DNA of 64,000 bases from Candidatus Bathyarchaeota archaeon (GTDB lineage: Archaea > Thermoproteota > Bathyarchaeia > 40CM-2-53-6 > RBG-13-38-9). Location: the NCBI GenBank assembly GCA_963807605.1, contig CAWECG010000002.1, forward strand, positions 1 through 64,000, read 5' to 3'. Shown here one piece after another: positions 21,489 through 30,775 of this stretch. How positions within the stretch are numbered: position 1 is the stretch's first letter; every line of letters starts with the position of its first letter. A program made the translations under genes and the position numbers. The notes under the pieces were generated by a model. It was not told the DNA's origin, did not search any database, and saw only the letters and a program-made list of their open reading frames with translations.

Positions 21489-24461
21489 TTGACTCAAGGA
21501 ATTCAAGCTACGCAAGTGTTCTATGGTCGAAGTCAAGAAATTGAGTTATTCAACACCATGCTGGATTCTATGAATGCTTCCCTGATCTTTCTTGGTGAAC
21601 ATGGAATCGGAAAGACCGAGCTCATGAAAGAACTTGTACGTCAAGCACAAACCGATTCGAGCCGCAAAATGGTCTGCGCCTATGTCGAAGCATGGCCTTC
21701 ATTGCTTGCGACAGATCCGTTCGTAGATGCCCTAGCAAAGGCAATAGATTCTGTTAGGACTCTGCAATCAACTGCAGAGAAAGCCAAAAAGCGGTTGGAC
21801 AAACTTGCAGGCGCGCTCGAAAGCGAAGGTAAAGAAATGTTAGTTGCCTTGGCAACTGAGCTTGCTCAAAAGGCTCTTGGGAAAGAGACAGTTGAATTTG
21901 CACAGAGAATCGCATCTAGATATAGAGGCACAAAGTCTGACCTCGAACAAGCTCATCAGAAACTTGCGACTCAACCACAAAGCCTCATTTACAGCGTGAA
22001 CGACTTCCTACATGCACTACACCGAAATAACCCCGATGTGAAACTGCTTCTTGCTTTTGACCAACTTGAGCGGCTCAGCGAGTCTTCATGGTGGCTCCTA
22101 CTCGATCTTATTCGCGGATCGTCCGGGGGAACCTATGTTCTAGCAGCATTTCGACACGAACCAGAGAATATACCGAAAAACCTTGAGAAGTTTCTGCTGG
22201 AAGCATCATTCATCGAAACTGTGAAAGTAAGGGAACTTCAGGGGCTCAACACCGAAGAGATTAGGGAATGGGTTCAAAGAGAAAGACATGTTGGATTGCT
22301 TTTCCCTCAGCTTTCCAGAATCAGACGAAACAGCGGGGGCTTTCCAATTCTGCTAGCTCCTTGGATTCAAAGGTCGACAACTCTAGATCCTGAGGAACTT
22401 AAAGGCAAAGACCTACGCCTTGGAGTCTGTCTAGAAGTAAGTCGCAGAATAAGTGAACCACCGCCCGATCTTGAAATAATGCGTTTTCTACATCAGTTGT
22501 CAGTCTTGCAGTCTCCACCAGTAGAAGGTGGATCAAGATCCTATGAGGATCTAATGGGACTTGACTCAGTCACAGTTGCATCATATAGTCAGTTGCTAGA
22601 GAAAAAATGGATTCTTAATGGAAACATTGAGAGACCTTGGTTCCGACATGAACTGATCAAAGCATGCATTGAAGATGGGTTGCGAGAAGCCGAAAGAATC
22701 GAACTTCACAGGAAGGCCGCTGAGTTCTACGAGAAGCTGTTGAACAAGATCGGAAAAGCTGGCAAGCACCCCGTTCCTTTTGGAGTTGCTCTTGGCTGCG
22801 CATACCATTTCCATGAAGCGTGTGAACACAAGAAATCATATGAATATAACTCCACACTCGCTCGTTTTGCCACCGACGTTGGTGAACTGGATGTTGCTGA
22901 TGAATGCTTTCGTAGAGCAGTAGAGGACGCACAAGCACTGAAAGATGAGGGCGCAGTGATTGCGGAAAAGGGTGATTGGGCGAAGGTTCTTGCAACATGG
23001 GGAAAACTTGCGGAGGCAAAGGCAATTCACTCGGAAGCCCAAGCCTTTTTTGAGAAGAAAGGTGACCTGCGCGGATCTGCAGTAGTCCTTCATCATCTAG
23101 GCGTGATAGAGCAGGACCAAGGCAACTATGATGAGGCCAGGAAGCTCTGCAACCAGAGTCTAGAGATTAAAAAGAAGCTCGGTGACCAGGCAGAAATAGC
23201 CAAAACACTCGGCGAACTAGCCACGATAGCATGTTTCCAGCGTAGCTATGATGAGGCTAAACAGCTCTACAATCAAGTCCTAGAGACTTTCACAAAGCTT
23301 GGTGACCAGGCAGGAATAGCAATAACACTACACCAGCTAGGCAACATGGAGTATCTTGGACACAACTATGATGAGGCCAAGAAGTTATACAACCAGAGTC
23401 TAGAGATTGAACAGAAGCTTGGTGACCAGGCAGGAATAGCAATAACACTACACCAGCTAGGCATCATAGAGGGGCGTAAGGGTAACTATGATGAGGCCAA
23501 GAAGTTATACAACCAGAGTCTAGAGATTGAACAGAAGCTTGGTGACCAGGCAGGAATATCCAGAACACTACACCAGCTAGCCATGATAGAGCAGGACCAA
23601 GGCAACTATGATGAGGCCAGGAAGCTCTGCAACCAGAGTCTAGAGATTAAAAAGAAGCTTGGTGACCAGGCAGGAATAGCTGCAACACTACACCAGCTAG
23701 GCAACATGGAGTATCTTGGACACAACTATGATGAGGCCAAGAAGCTCTGCAACCAGAGTCTAGAGATTGAACAAAAGGTCGGTGACCAGTCAAAGATAGC
23801 CAAAACACTACACCAGCTAGCCATGATAGAGCAGGACCAAGGCAACTATGATGAGGCCAAGAAGTTATACAACCAGAGTCTAGAGATTGAACAGAAGCTT
23901 GGTGACCAGGCAGGAATATCCAGAACACTACACCAGCTAGCCATGATAGAGCAGGACCAAGGCAACTATGATGAGGCCAAGAAGTTATACAACCAGAGTC
24001 TAGAGATTGAACAGAAGCTTGGTGACCAGTCAGGAATAGCCAGTACACTACACCAGCTAGGCACGATAGAACAGGACAAGGGCAACTATGATGAGGCTAG
24101 GAACCTCTACAACCAGAGTCTAGAGATTAAACAGAAGCTTGGTGACCAGTCAGGAATAGCCAGTACACTACACGCGCTAGGCAACACAGAGTATTCACAG
24201 GACAACTATGATGAAGCTAAGAAACTATACCACCAGAGCCTAGAGATTAGCCAGAGGCTTGGTTACCAGCCAGTAATAGCCAGAACACTACGTCAGCAAG
24301 GCGTGATAGCGCAGGATCAAGGCAGATTGAAAGAAGCTGAAGAGAAAGTAAACAAAGCCTTGAAGCTTTTCAAAAGAATTGGTGACAAGCCGATGCAAAA
24401 AGAAGCAACAAAGGAGCTGGAAAGAATCCGAGAGAAACTCAAGAAAAACCAGAAATCGTAA
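21489..24461 (+). CDS. STAND-type P-loop NTPase with C-terminal TPR array
   Basis: FYGRSQE, Walker A GEHGIGKT, Walker B LLLAFDQ, SGGFP (GxP), WFRHELI; 40-aa TPRs. Confidence 0.9.
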   Translation: MTQGIQATQVFYGRSQEIELFNTMLDSMNASLIFLGEHGIGKTELMKELVRQAQTDSSRKMVCAYVEAWPSLLATDPFVDALAKAIDSVRTLQSTAEKAKKRLDKLAGALESEGKEMLVALATELAQKALGKETVEFAQRIASRYRGTKSDLEQAHQKLATQPQSLIYSVNDFLHALHRNNPDVKLLLAFDQLERLSESSWWLLLDLIRGSSGGTYVLAAFRHEPENIPKNLEKFLLEASFIETVKVRELQGLNTEEIREWVQRERHVGLLFPQLSRIRRNSGGFPILLAPWIQRSTTLDPEELKGKDLRLGVCLEVSRRISEPPPDLEIMRFLHQLSVLQSPPVEGGSRSYEDLMGLDSVTVASYSQLLEKKWILNGNIERPWFRHELIKACIEDGLREAERIELHRKAAEFYEKLLNKIGKAGKHPVPFGVALGCAYHFHEACEHKKSYEYNSTLARFATDVGELDVADECFRRAVEDAQALKDEGAVIAEKGDWAKVLATWGKLAEAKAIHSEAQAFFEKKGDLRGSAVVLHHLGVIEQDQGNYDEARKLCNQSLEIKKKLGDQAEIAKTLGELATIACFQRSYDEAKQLYNQVLETFTKLGDQAGIAITLHQLGNMEYLGHNYDEAKKLYNQSLEIEQKLGDQAGIAITLHQLGIIEGRKGNYDEAKKLYNQSLEIEQKLGDQAGISRTLHQLAMIEQDQGNYDEARKLCNQSLEIKKKLGDQAGIAATLHQLGNMEYLGHNYDEAKKLCNQSLEIEQKVGDQSKIAKTLHQLAMIEQDQGNYDEAKKLYNQSLEIEQKLGDQAGISRTLHQLAMIEQDQGNYDEAKKLYNQSLEIEQKLGDQSGIASTLHQLGTIEQDKGNYDEARNLYNQSLEIKQKLGDQSGIASTLHALGNTEYSQDNYDEAKKLYHQSLEISQRLGYQPVIARTLRQQGVIAQDQGRLKEAEEKVNKALKLFKRIGDKPMQKEATKELERIREKLKKNQKS
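23101..24300 (+). repeat. Ten tandem 120-bp near-identical repeats encoding TPRs
   Basis: Repeating core CTATGATGAGGC..AACCAGAGTCTAGAGATT..GGTGACCAG..ACACTACACCAGCTAG every 120 nt. Confidence 0.97.
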
Positions 24462-24942
24462 CCCAACTTATACGTGGCAATTTACACGTCGTTTTCCGGA
24501 CTTCCACAATCCAGCCATACAATATCATTTTATTCATGAATAGGTACTTGAGGCTTGTAGGATTAGATTTCATTAGATTGTCGGCAAAGTCTCCTAGTAT
24601 AGATATTCTCTGCTTGAAACTCTCAAGGTACAACACTATCTCTTTGGTCTTCTCCCAAAAGGCTACTCCATAAGTCTCAAATGGTTTAGTCATAGTATCG
24701 ACTATAGACCGAGCAAGTTCTTCCAGCTTAGCATTGTTTTTGGAATAATCCAAGCAAAACTGTTTCTTGAACTCCAAATATTTCTTATGTGTATCGTCAG
24801 TGTTGTTAGATCTAATATCCTCTGCGATAGACTCGATCAACTGAATAGTGTTGTTGTAACCCTCATCCCTGAAGGGTTGAGCAATAGAGAGAATCTTCTC
24901 TGCTCTCTTGGATGAGTCAGAATACATTTGACCTACCAACAA
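24439..24942 (-). CDS. Hypothetical helical protein
   Basis: 167-aa ORF, no motif recognised. Confidence 0.45.
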   Translation of the reverse strand: MLVGQMYSDSSKRAEKILSIAQPFRDEGYNNTIQLIESIAEDIRSNNTDDTHKKYLEFKKQFCLDYSKNNAKLEELARSIVDTMTKPFETYGVAFWEKTKEIVLYLESFKQRISILGDFADNLMKSNPTSLKYLFMNKMILYGWIVEVRKTTCKLPRISWVTISGFS

Positions 24943-25103
24943 GATTGCTAGATAGGGTGACTATGCATTGGATAGGCAGTCTAAACATATTTGAGATCTA
25001 CCTTTCGAGCCTTCGGAGTCAAGAGACTGTCTAATATTTGTCAAGTAAAAGGGGATATCTAGTTGAAGAAGGCTAAAGAGATCTTCGAGTACTGGGATGA
25101 AAT

Positions 25104-25665
25104 ATGAACTCACTCAAGTGGGTTGAAGTTGATATCAGGGTGACGAAGGCAAAGCATAGGACTCAGGTCATATTAGGCTTTATCAGAGATTTTGTCCAAA
25201 GACATAGAGGTAAGTTCGATCAGTGGCACTTTCTAAGAGAACGAAACCCAAGGACTGGAAGACCTGAGATCTGGCTAAGATTCCAAGGCAAAAAGCACAA
25301 CATCGATAAAATTAAGAAAGATCTTCATCAGAAACTGTCTAGACTTAAACAGTCAATCTAATGTTTTCTCGGATCACGTCTTTGCGAATCAGGGCAAAGA
25401 AAATGACGAGTACGTGGGAGAAGAAGGATTATTCGATAAGAGAGGATTTCCAATATTTGCCGAGTATCTAACTTATACTTCTGAGGTTGCTTTGAAGTTC
25501 ATAAAAGACGAGTTGGTAGTGACACCCGAAAAACCGATTCCATTTTACATGGAACGTTTCATACATTGCTTTTTGAATCAGCTTGACCTAGTTCATTTCA
25601 GACAGATTGATGATGGATCTCTTCTGTTGTGTGTTCTAGATCTTTCAGTGATTAGATACCAATAA
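25104..25665 (+). pseudogene. Lantibiotic-dehydratase C-terminal (thiopeptide-type)-like domain, split ~25360
   Basis: QWHFLRE...EIWLRFQG then EYVGEEGLF...YLTYTSEVALKF..FIHCFLNQL. Confidence 0.4.
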
Positions 25666-25827
25666 ATAGACAAAGACCTAGGGCCCATCTGTAGATCGAG
25701 TCTAGCCGAGTAGTGCTTTCAAGGGGATTAGACGACAGGATTGAAAAGGTGAACCGAAATCGGCAGCCTGGACGATCTACAGAGACTAGCAGAGAAGTAT
25801 GAACGTCAGGAACGTCTCTTCACGGAA

Positions 25828-26460
25828 TTGGGCTACAAATTTCAAGTCGCAACTGAACCGCTTCTTAAAGAGATGGGGTATAAGGTCATCAGAGCTTATC
25901 ATCGAGTCTTTACGAGCGACGCGCAGAAGGAGAAGGGATGGAAATGGTACATAGAGAAACTCGGCAGCTACCTCTGGAACTATTCTGACTATGTGGTCGA
26001 GAGGAATAACAGGATCTATATTGTTGAAGTGAAGAGTCAGGGATACGTTTCACTACAGAGGGATCAAGAAGTCTACAGAGGTGCCGGTGAGACTGTCTCT
26101 TTCTCTACTCAGGAAAAGGAAGAATATGCCACTTCTCCAGTGCCCGTACTTGTCCTTCTCATGCTATACAATTGGGGTGGAAAGGTGACTGAATTGCCCC
26201 CAAGTAAGTTAGAGGTTAAGGCAGTTCTGAAGTACTCGGAGAAGCCAGACATAAAGCGGCTGGGTCCACTTTTCTATAAGCTAGTGCCGTTCTCGGATTT
26301 TCAGTTCAAACAAGGTGCTACTGGCGGAATTCTGCTTGACAAATTTGGTGGATGCAAAAGCCTCTCCTCTCAGGAGGTCTACAATCTCTTTCGAAAGACT
26401 GGAGCACTTGACATCGTAGGAATTGAGCCGGGTGAGGTCTTGAGAGATAGAGGGAGATGA
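25828..26460 (+). CDS. PD-(D/E)XK nuclease (Hjc/REase-like); frame open from 25759
   Basis: LLKEMGYKVI...SDYVVE..IYIVEVKS. Confidence 0.65.
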   Translation: MGYKFQVATEPLLKEMGYKVIRAYHRVFTSDAQKEKGWKWYIEKLGSYLWNYSDYVVERNNRIYIVEVKSQGYVSLQRDQEVYRGAGETVSFSTQEKEEYATSPVPVLVLLMLYNWGGKVTELPPSKLEVKAVLKYSEKPDIKRLGPLFYKLVPFSDFQFKQGATGGILLDKFGGCKSLSSQEVYNLFRKTGALDIVGIEPGEVLRDRGR

Positions 26461-26812
26461 GTTGTTGAGGCGCGCTCACACTAGTGAAGCGGTCAAAAAC
26501 TTTACGAATTAGGCTCGTTTGCTGTATAAGAACGTACTACAGTTTGTGTTGACTCATCCTCTGCAGCCTTATATCGAGAAGATCATTAGGTCCACGTGAA
26601 TACTGAAGTTGATTGAAGCAAGAAGTGAGAGTAAGAGCAAGGGTGATAGGATGTTACTGTACTTTGTAGCAGTTTGACTACATATTTATTAAACACGTAA
26701 TACGTAAACAGTAAGTGCCACCTCAACGGTCGAGGTAGTTCGAGGAAGCTCGTGCTGCGAGCACAACCTTGCTAAAAGTCATGAATGAACGACTAAGTGG
26801 GTGCGTAGGTAA

Positions 26813-27073
26813 GTGTCTCAAGTTCAAGACTTAGATCGTGAGAAGTTGAGGGAATGTTTTGACGCCTCAACGGAGAGTATGAAATACCTCATTCAAAACT
26901 ATGAAGATTTGGCGAAAAGACACGATAAGAAATGGATCGCAGTTCTCGATAGTCAAGTGGTGGAAGTAGCGGACAGTATAGAAGAACTAAGTAACGCCAT
27001 TAAGAAACATCAGCGTTCCAAGTGCATTGTAACCGAATATGTTACCACTGAGCCAGTTGCGATGTTCTTCTGA
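26813..27073 (+). CDS. DUF5678-like small protein
   Basis: NYEDLAKRHDKKWIAVLDSQVVEVADSIEEL. Confidence 0.7.
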   Translation: MSQVQDLDREKLRECFDASTESMKYLIQNYEDLAKRHDKKWIAVLDSQVVEVADSIEELSNAIKKHQRSKCIVTEYVTTEPVAMFF

Positions 27074-27079
27074 TATAAC

Positions 27080-27535
27080 TTGTCAAGAAAGATCCTTGGA
27101 ATCAATGATGGACGAAGACCTAGAATTCCCGTCTTCTTTGTTGTCGAAACACTGCAAGCAAACAAGCTAGTTTGGTTCCTCGTAGACACCGGATCTTGTT
27201 TCTCAGCCCTCAACGAATCTGAAGCACTACTGATGGGGCTGGACCTAGCTGTGTTACCGTATGTCAAAGGAGAGTCGATAGGATTTGGAGGATACTTCAA
27301 GCCTAGGACGATAAATAGACCCGTGAAATTGATCTTCCAAACTGCTGACAATGGACAATACTCATTGCAACAGAGTGGTTTTCGAATAATATCGCCAGAG
27401 CATACCGACGAAGAAACTAGAAGGAAAATAGTAGAGCTCACGCCTTGCGTATTAGGGATGGATATACTTAACAAATTTGAGATTCATATCTACAGCAAGC
27501 GGATAGAACTCATTCCCTATGAGGACCAAGAATAG
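27080..27535 (+). CDS. Retropepsin-like (clan AA) aspartyl protease
   Basis: FLVDTGS catalytic motif and CVLGMDIL. Confidence 0.8.
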   Translation: MSRKILGINDGRRPRIPVFFVVETLQANKLVWFLVDTGSCFSALNESEALLMGLDLAVLPYVKGESIGFGGYFKPRTINRPVKLIFQTADNGQYSLQQSGFRIISPEHTDEETRRKIVELTPCVLGMDILNKFEIHIYSKRIELIPYEDQE

Positions 27536-27792
27536 TCAGGCGCAGACTTACTAGGGAGGTGAATCACTTAGCGCGCACTATTGAAGTCCCCAAACGATCG
27601 AGGCATCGAAGAGCGAAATAGGCTGAAAATAATCCGTAGGCAAAAATGGGAATACCCCCGAACGGACTGTCGAGTCTAGCCGGAGATAACCAAAGGAAAA
27701 CCAGTGTCTATGTAGACACTAAGGCTAAATCTGGTTCAGTGAATCATACTAGGATTGAGATTAGCTCGAGGTTCTAAGAATCAGACGGTGTT

Positions 27793-28509
27793 TTGATGGG
27801 ACTGTTAGATGTTCTATTTCGAATCTTTAGAAGAATCAGGCTTTCAAAAGAGGTCTTCATCATACACGGAAGAGACGAGATCAACAAGAACGCCCTTAAG
27901 GAAATGCTCTCAAGTTGGGGTTTGAAGCCAGTAATTCTGGCTGAGCAGACCAATAGAGGACGAACCCTGATCCAAAAGTTGATTGACCACACATCTGACG
28001 TTGGGTATGTATTTGTTTTGATGACTCCTGATGATGAATGTGCAGGGTTACTGGAGTTTGCTGGTTTTATGAAGGATTTCTCCGATTTCTCTAAGTCAAA
28101 TGAGGGCGATAGGAAGCGACTTTTAGATCAATTTAGGCAAGGAAAATATGACCGGGTGATACTTGGGTCCACTCCGTCTGCAGAAAGGTTATCAGAATAT
28201 GGTGACGTACTCGTCAGAGCGGGACAAGTTTTTAGGAAAAGGGTCCGTCAAAATGTTATGTTTGAATACGGTCTATGCATAGGGTCCTTAGGTACGAAAA
28301 GAGTCTGCCAACTTGTGAAAGGCGATATTCAGAAAGGCGAAATTGAAATTCCATCTGACATATTGGGATATGGATACACTCAATTCAAAGACTCTGTATC
28401 AGAGATAGAGGAGCGAATCAGACGAGAGTTGGAGGATGCCGGCTACAGATTAGATGTCAAAATAATAGATTCAAGTCACCGAAATAAGAAGAATGACGTA
28501 AAACCGTAA
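27793..28509 (+). CDS. CAP12/Pycsar-type TIR-domain nucleotide-binding protein
   Basis: VFIIHGRD, EQTNRGRTLIQKL, MTPDD, RVRQNVMFEYG, IPSDILG. Confidence 0.85.
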   Translation: MMGLLDVLFRIFRRIRLSKEVFIIHGRDEINKNALKEMLSSWGLKPVILAEQTNRGRTLIQKLIDHTSDVGYVFVLMTPDDECAGLLEFAGFMKDFSDFSKSNEGDRKRLLDQFRQGKYDRVILGSTPSAERLSEYGDVLVRAGQVFRKRVRQNVMFEYGLCIGSLGTKRVCQLVKGDIQKGEIEIPSDILGYGYTQFKDSVSEIEERIRRELEDAGYRLDVKIIDSSHRNKKNDVKP

Positions 28510-28559
28510 AAGTATTGAAAACGTCACAATATGGGTAGAAAGCAAGGTGAAACCGAAAA

Positions 28560-29258
28560 ATGCCGCCTAAAGCCCGTTACGTTCCGAATAGGATAGAAAT
28601 TGAGATACCTTCTACGGTCTTGAATTGTCCTTACTGCAAGTCTATAAGTCATTTCACTGATACCAATAAGTCTTTTTTCGATTTGGAGAAATCAGTGTGG
28701 GCAATTCTGCTTTGCGATAACTGCAGAGAACCAGTTCTGGCTATATACAATTAGAACAGGACATGGGTTGTACATGCTGTAGGCATTGGAGTTCCTTCAC
28801 TTGAAAAAGAACCAGTATTGGCTTACCCTTATGGCGACCAAGAGAAGATATATGATAAAGGGGGACTCTACGACTTCTACAAGGACATTGGAGCAATCAC
28901 TAAGAGTGCAAAGAATGAAGTTGCCATATGTGATGCCTACGTTAACGAAGAATTGTTGGATCTCTATATTGCAAAACTCTCGCCGGGCACGAAAATCAGA
29001 ATACTCACAGAGAAACCCAAAGGCAACTTCATAGTGGTTGCGGGCAAGTTTAAACAGAAACCCGGAGTCAACTTCGAAGTTAGAACCAGTTCAGACTGTC
29101 ATGATAGACTGCTCTTTGTAGACGAGATATGCTATGCCTTTGGCCAGTCGGTGAAAGATGCGGGAAGGAAACCCACATACCTTGTGCGTTTGGTAAGCTA
29201 TGATCTCCTTAAGAGGATCTTTGAGGAGCTATGGAAGAACGCAACTCCATTAGTCTAG
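28560..29258 (+). pseudogene. Zn-ribbon + PLD-like nuclease domain protein interrupted by one in-frame TAG (28752-28754)
   Basis: CPYC..CDNC; same frame continues to ICDAYV..IRILT..HDRLLFVD..GQSVKDAG. Confidence 0.6.
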
Positions 29259-29746
29259 CAAGTTGAGAGAATAGGAAAATTGGAAGGCGTAAAGTAATAA
29301 AGCCGTAACGTAATACAGTCGTCAAAGCAAGAATAAGATATAATATGGATAGATGTTTAGTCATCCATACTCAGCTAAGGTGACCTGAGAAGACGAGTCA
29401 GAAGCCGTAAAACCGTTTCAGAACGGGCACGCAGAGTCAACAGTAAGGACACATATTGCAGTAACTATAGGATAGACTAGCATGAGCGGTTACAGATACA
29501 GAATAATATAACAGTATAATAAGAGCAAATGAAAACAGTTAGAAAATATATTTGAGCGACAGAGCGTGATTCTTTTCTAATTTACAAGTGCATTTTCTTT
29601 AGGCTTTTTTCAATAGAAATAGGCATACAGTACCGACTCAAAGCAAGTTGCAATAGGAGACTCAGAGAGCACATTGTTAGGTTAGTTTGATTCAGAGAAT
29701 GTTTTGGCGATAGTGACCTTAAACCGATTTACAGCGGATCAAAAAT

Positions 29747-30544
29747 CTAATGGGCAATAGTCTGAGAGAAGATTCCCTTAAAGTCTAAGGCTGCTATTAT
29801 GATAAGTACAATTAGATACAATATGTGATAGATAGTTGAGGTTAAGCCATCTGACAAAGTAGCCAAGTAAATCACGTAGGCATATGACCCAAAAAATACT
29901 AACCAAGATATCTTATGAAGAATGGTAGGACCCCTTGCAGTCTCAGGCTTAAACATCTTGATATTTTCCATTCGTATGCGACGATCGAAGTTAGCTTGAA
30001 GCCATTGAAGGAGTCTATTTTCTGCTCTAGAAACAGATGCGTTGAGAATGAAGCGACCGAAAGAAAAACCAAAAGAGCCTAACAAAAGAAGATTGAGCAT
30101 AGGAGCATAGTTCTTAGCAAGCTCACCAAGTGGAGAACCGGCGATAAGCAAGAGAATAAATGAAGACCATAGAATAGTATAAAAGACAAGAGTATCAGAA
30201 GCAGTCATTCGCCACTTTAGACTGTCTGAGATGTAAGCTCTGATAAATATAGCAAATGGAAAGGCAAGAAACATTAGATAAATCATGGTGGCCATGAATA
30301 GCCAGGAATCTAGCGGAAGCCCAAAGAACTTGATGAGTTTCAACAGTTCAAGGTTAGAATAGGCAATCATTAACAGTGTGAAACAAAAGAAAAATAAGGG
30401 ATAGGTGAGCAACATTAAGTTATCAAATCTAGAAATCCTCTGTTTTTCTTGAATGTCTTCTAGCATATTTTCTATTTTGTCTAGCTTCTCATCAATACTA
30501 GTGTTCATTCGTGTCTTACTGATAGTCTGCGGCCAGTAGTTCAT
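29747..30544 (-). CDS. Multi-pass membrane hypothetical protein
   Basis: ~6 hydrophobic segments. Confidence 0.6.
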   Translation of the reverse strand: MNYWPQTISKTRMNTSIDEKLDKIENMLEDIQEKQRISRFDNLMLLTYPLFFFCFTLLMIAYSNLELLKLIKFFGLPLDSWLFMATMIYLMFLAFPFAIFIRAYISDSLKWRMTASDTLVFYTILWSSFILLLIAGSPLGELAKNYAPMLNLLLLGSFGFSFGRFILNASVSRAENRLLQWLQANFDRRIRMENIKMFKPETARGPTILHKISWLVFFGSYAYVIYLATLSDGLTSTIYHILYLIVLIIIAALDFKGIFSQTIAH

Positions 30545-30775
30545 TAGGTTTGGCGTTTAAAGCATCATAGAAGCAAAAGGGATCCGTATTAGATGGGATC
30601 CTACTTTGACGTACTGATCTAGAGCTTTCTATTAGAGAATCATTGAATCAAGGAGGATCCGCTGTTGTCTAGATAGGATCCTGCAATGAAGTCTGGAGAT
30701 TGAGGATCCACACTCGATATAAATGGACATACTAGGTTTTATTAACTGACGTAATGACATGTTAATGAATACCGG

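Noticed and set aside
23101-24300. Regular repeats with variable inserts resembling a CRISPR array
   Set aside because: In-frame 120-bp coding TPR units; variable parts recur between units; no cas genes.
25696-27682. 13-bp repeat TCGAGTCTAGCCG in two spacers (possible cassette recombination site)
   Set aside because: Only two copies with unrelated flanks; 13-mer matches are expected by chance in 64 kb.
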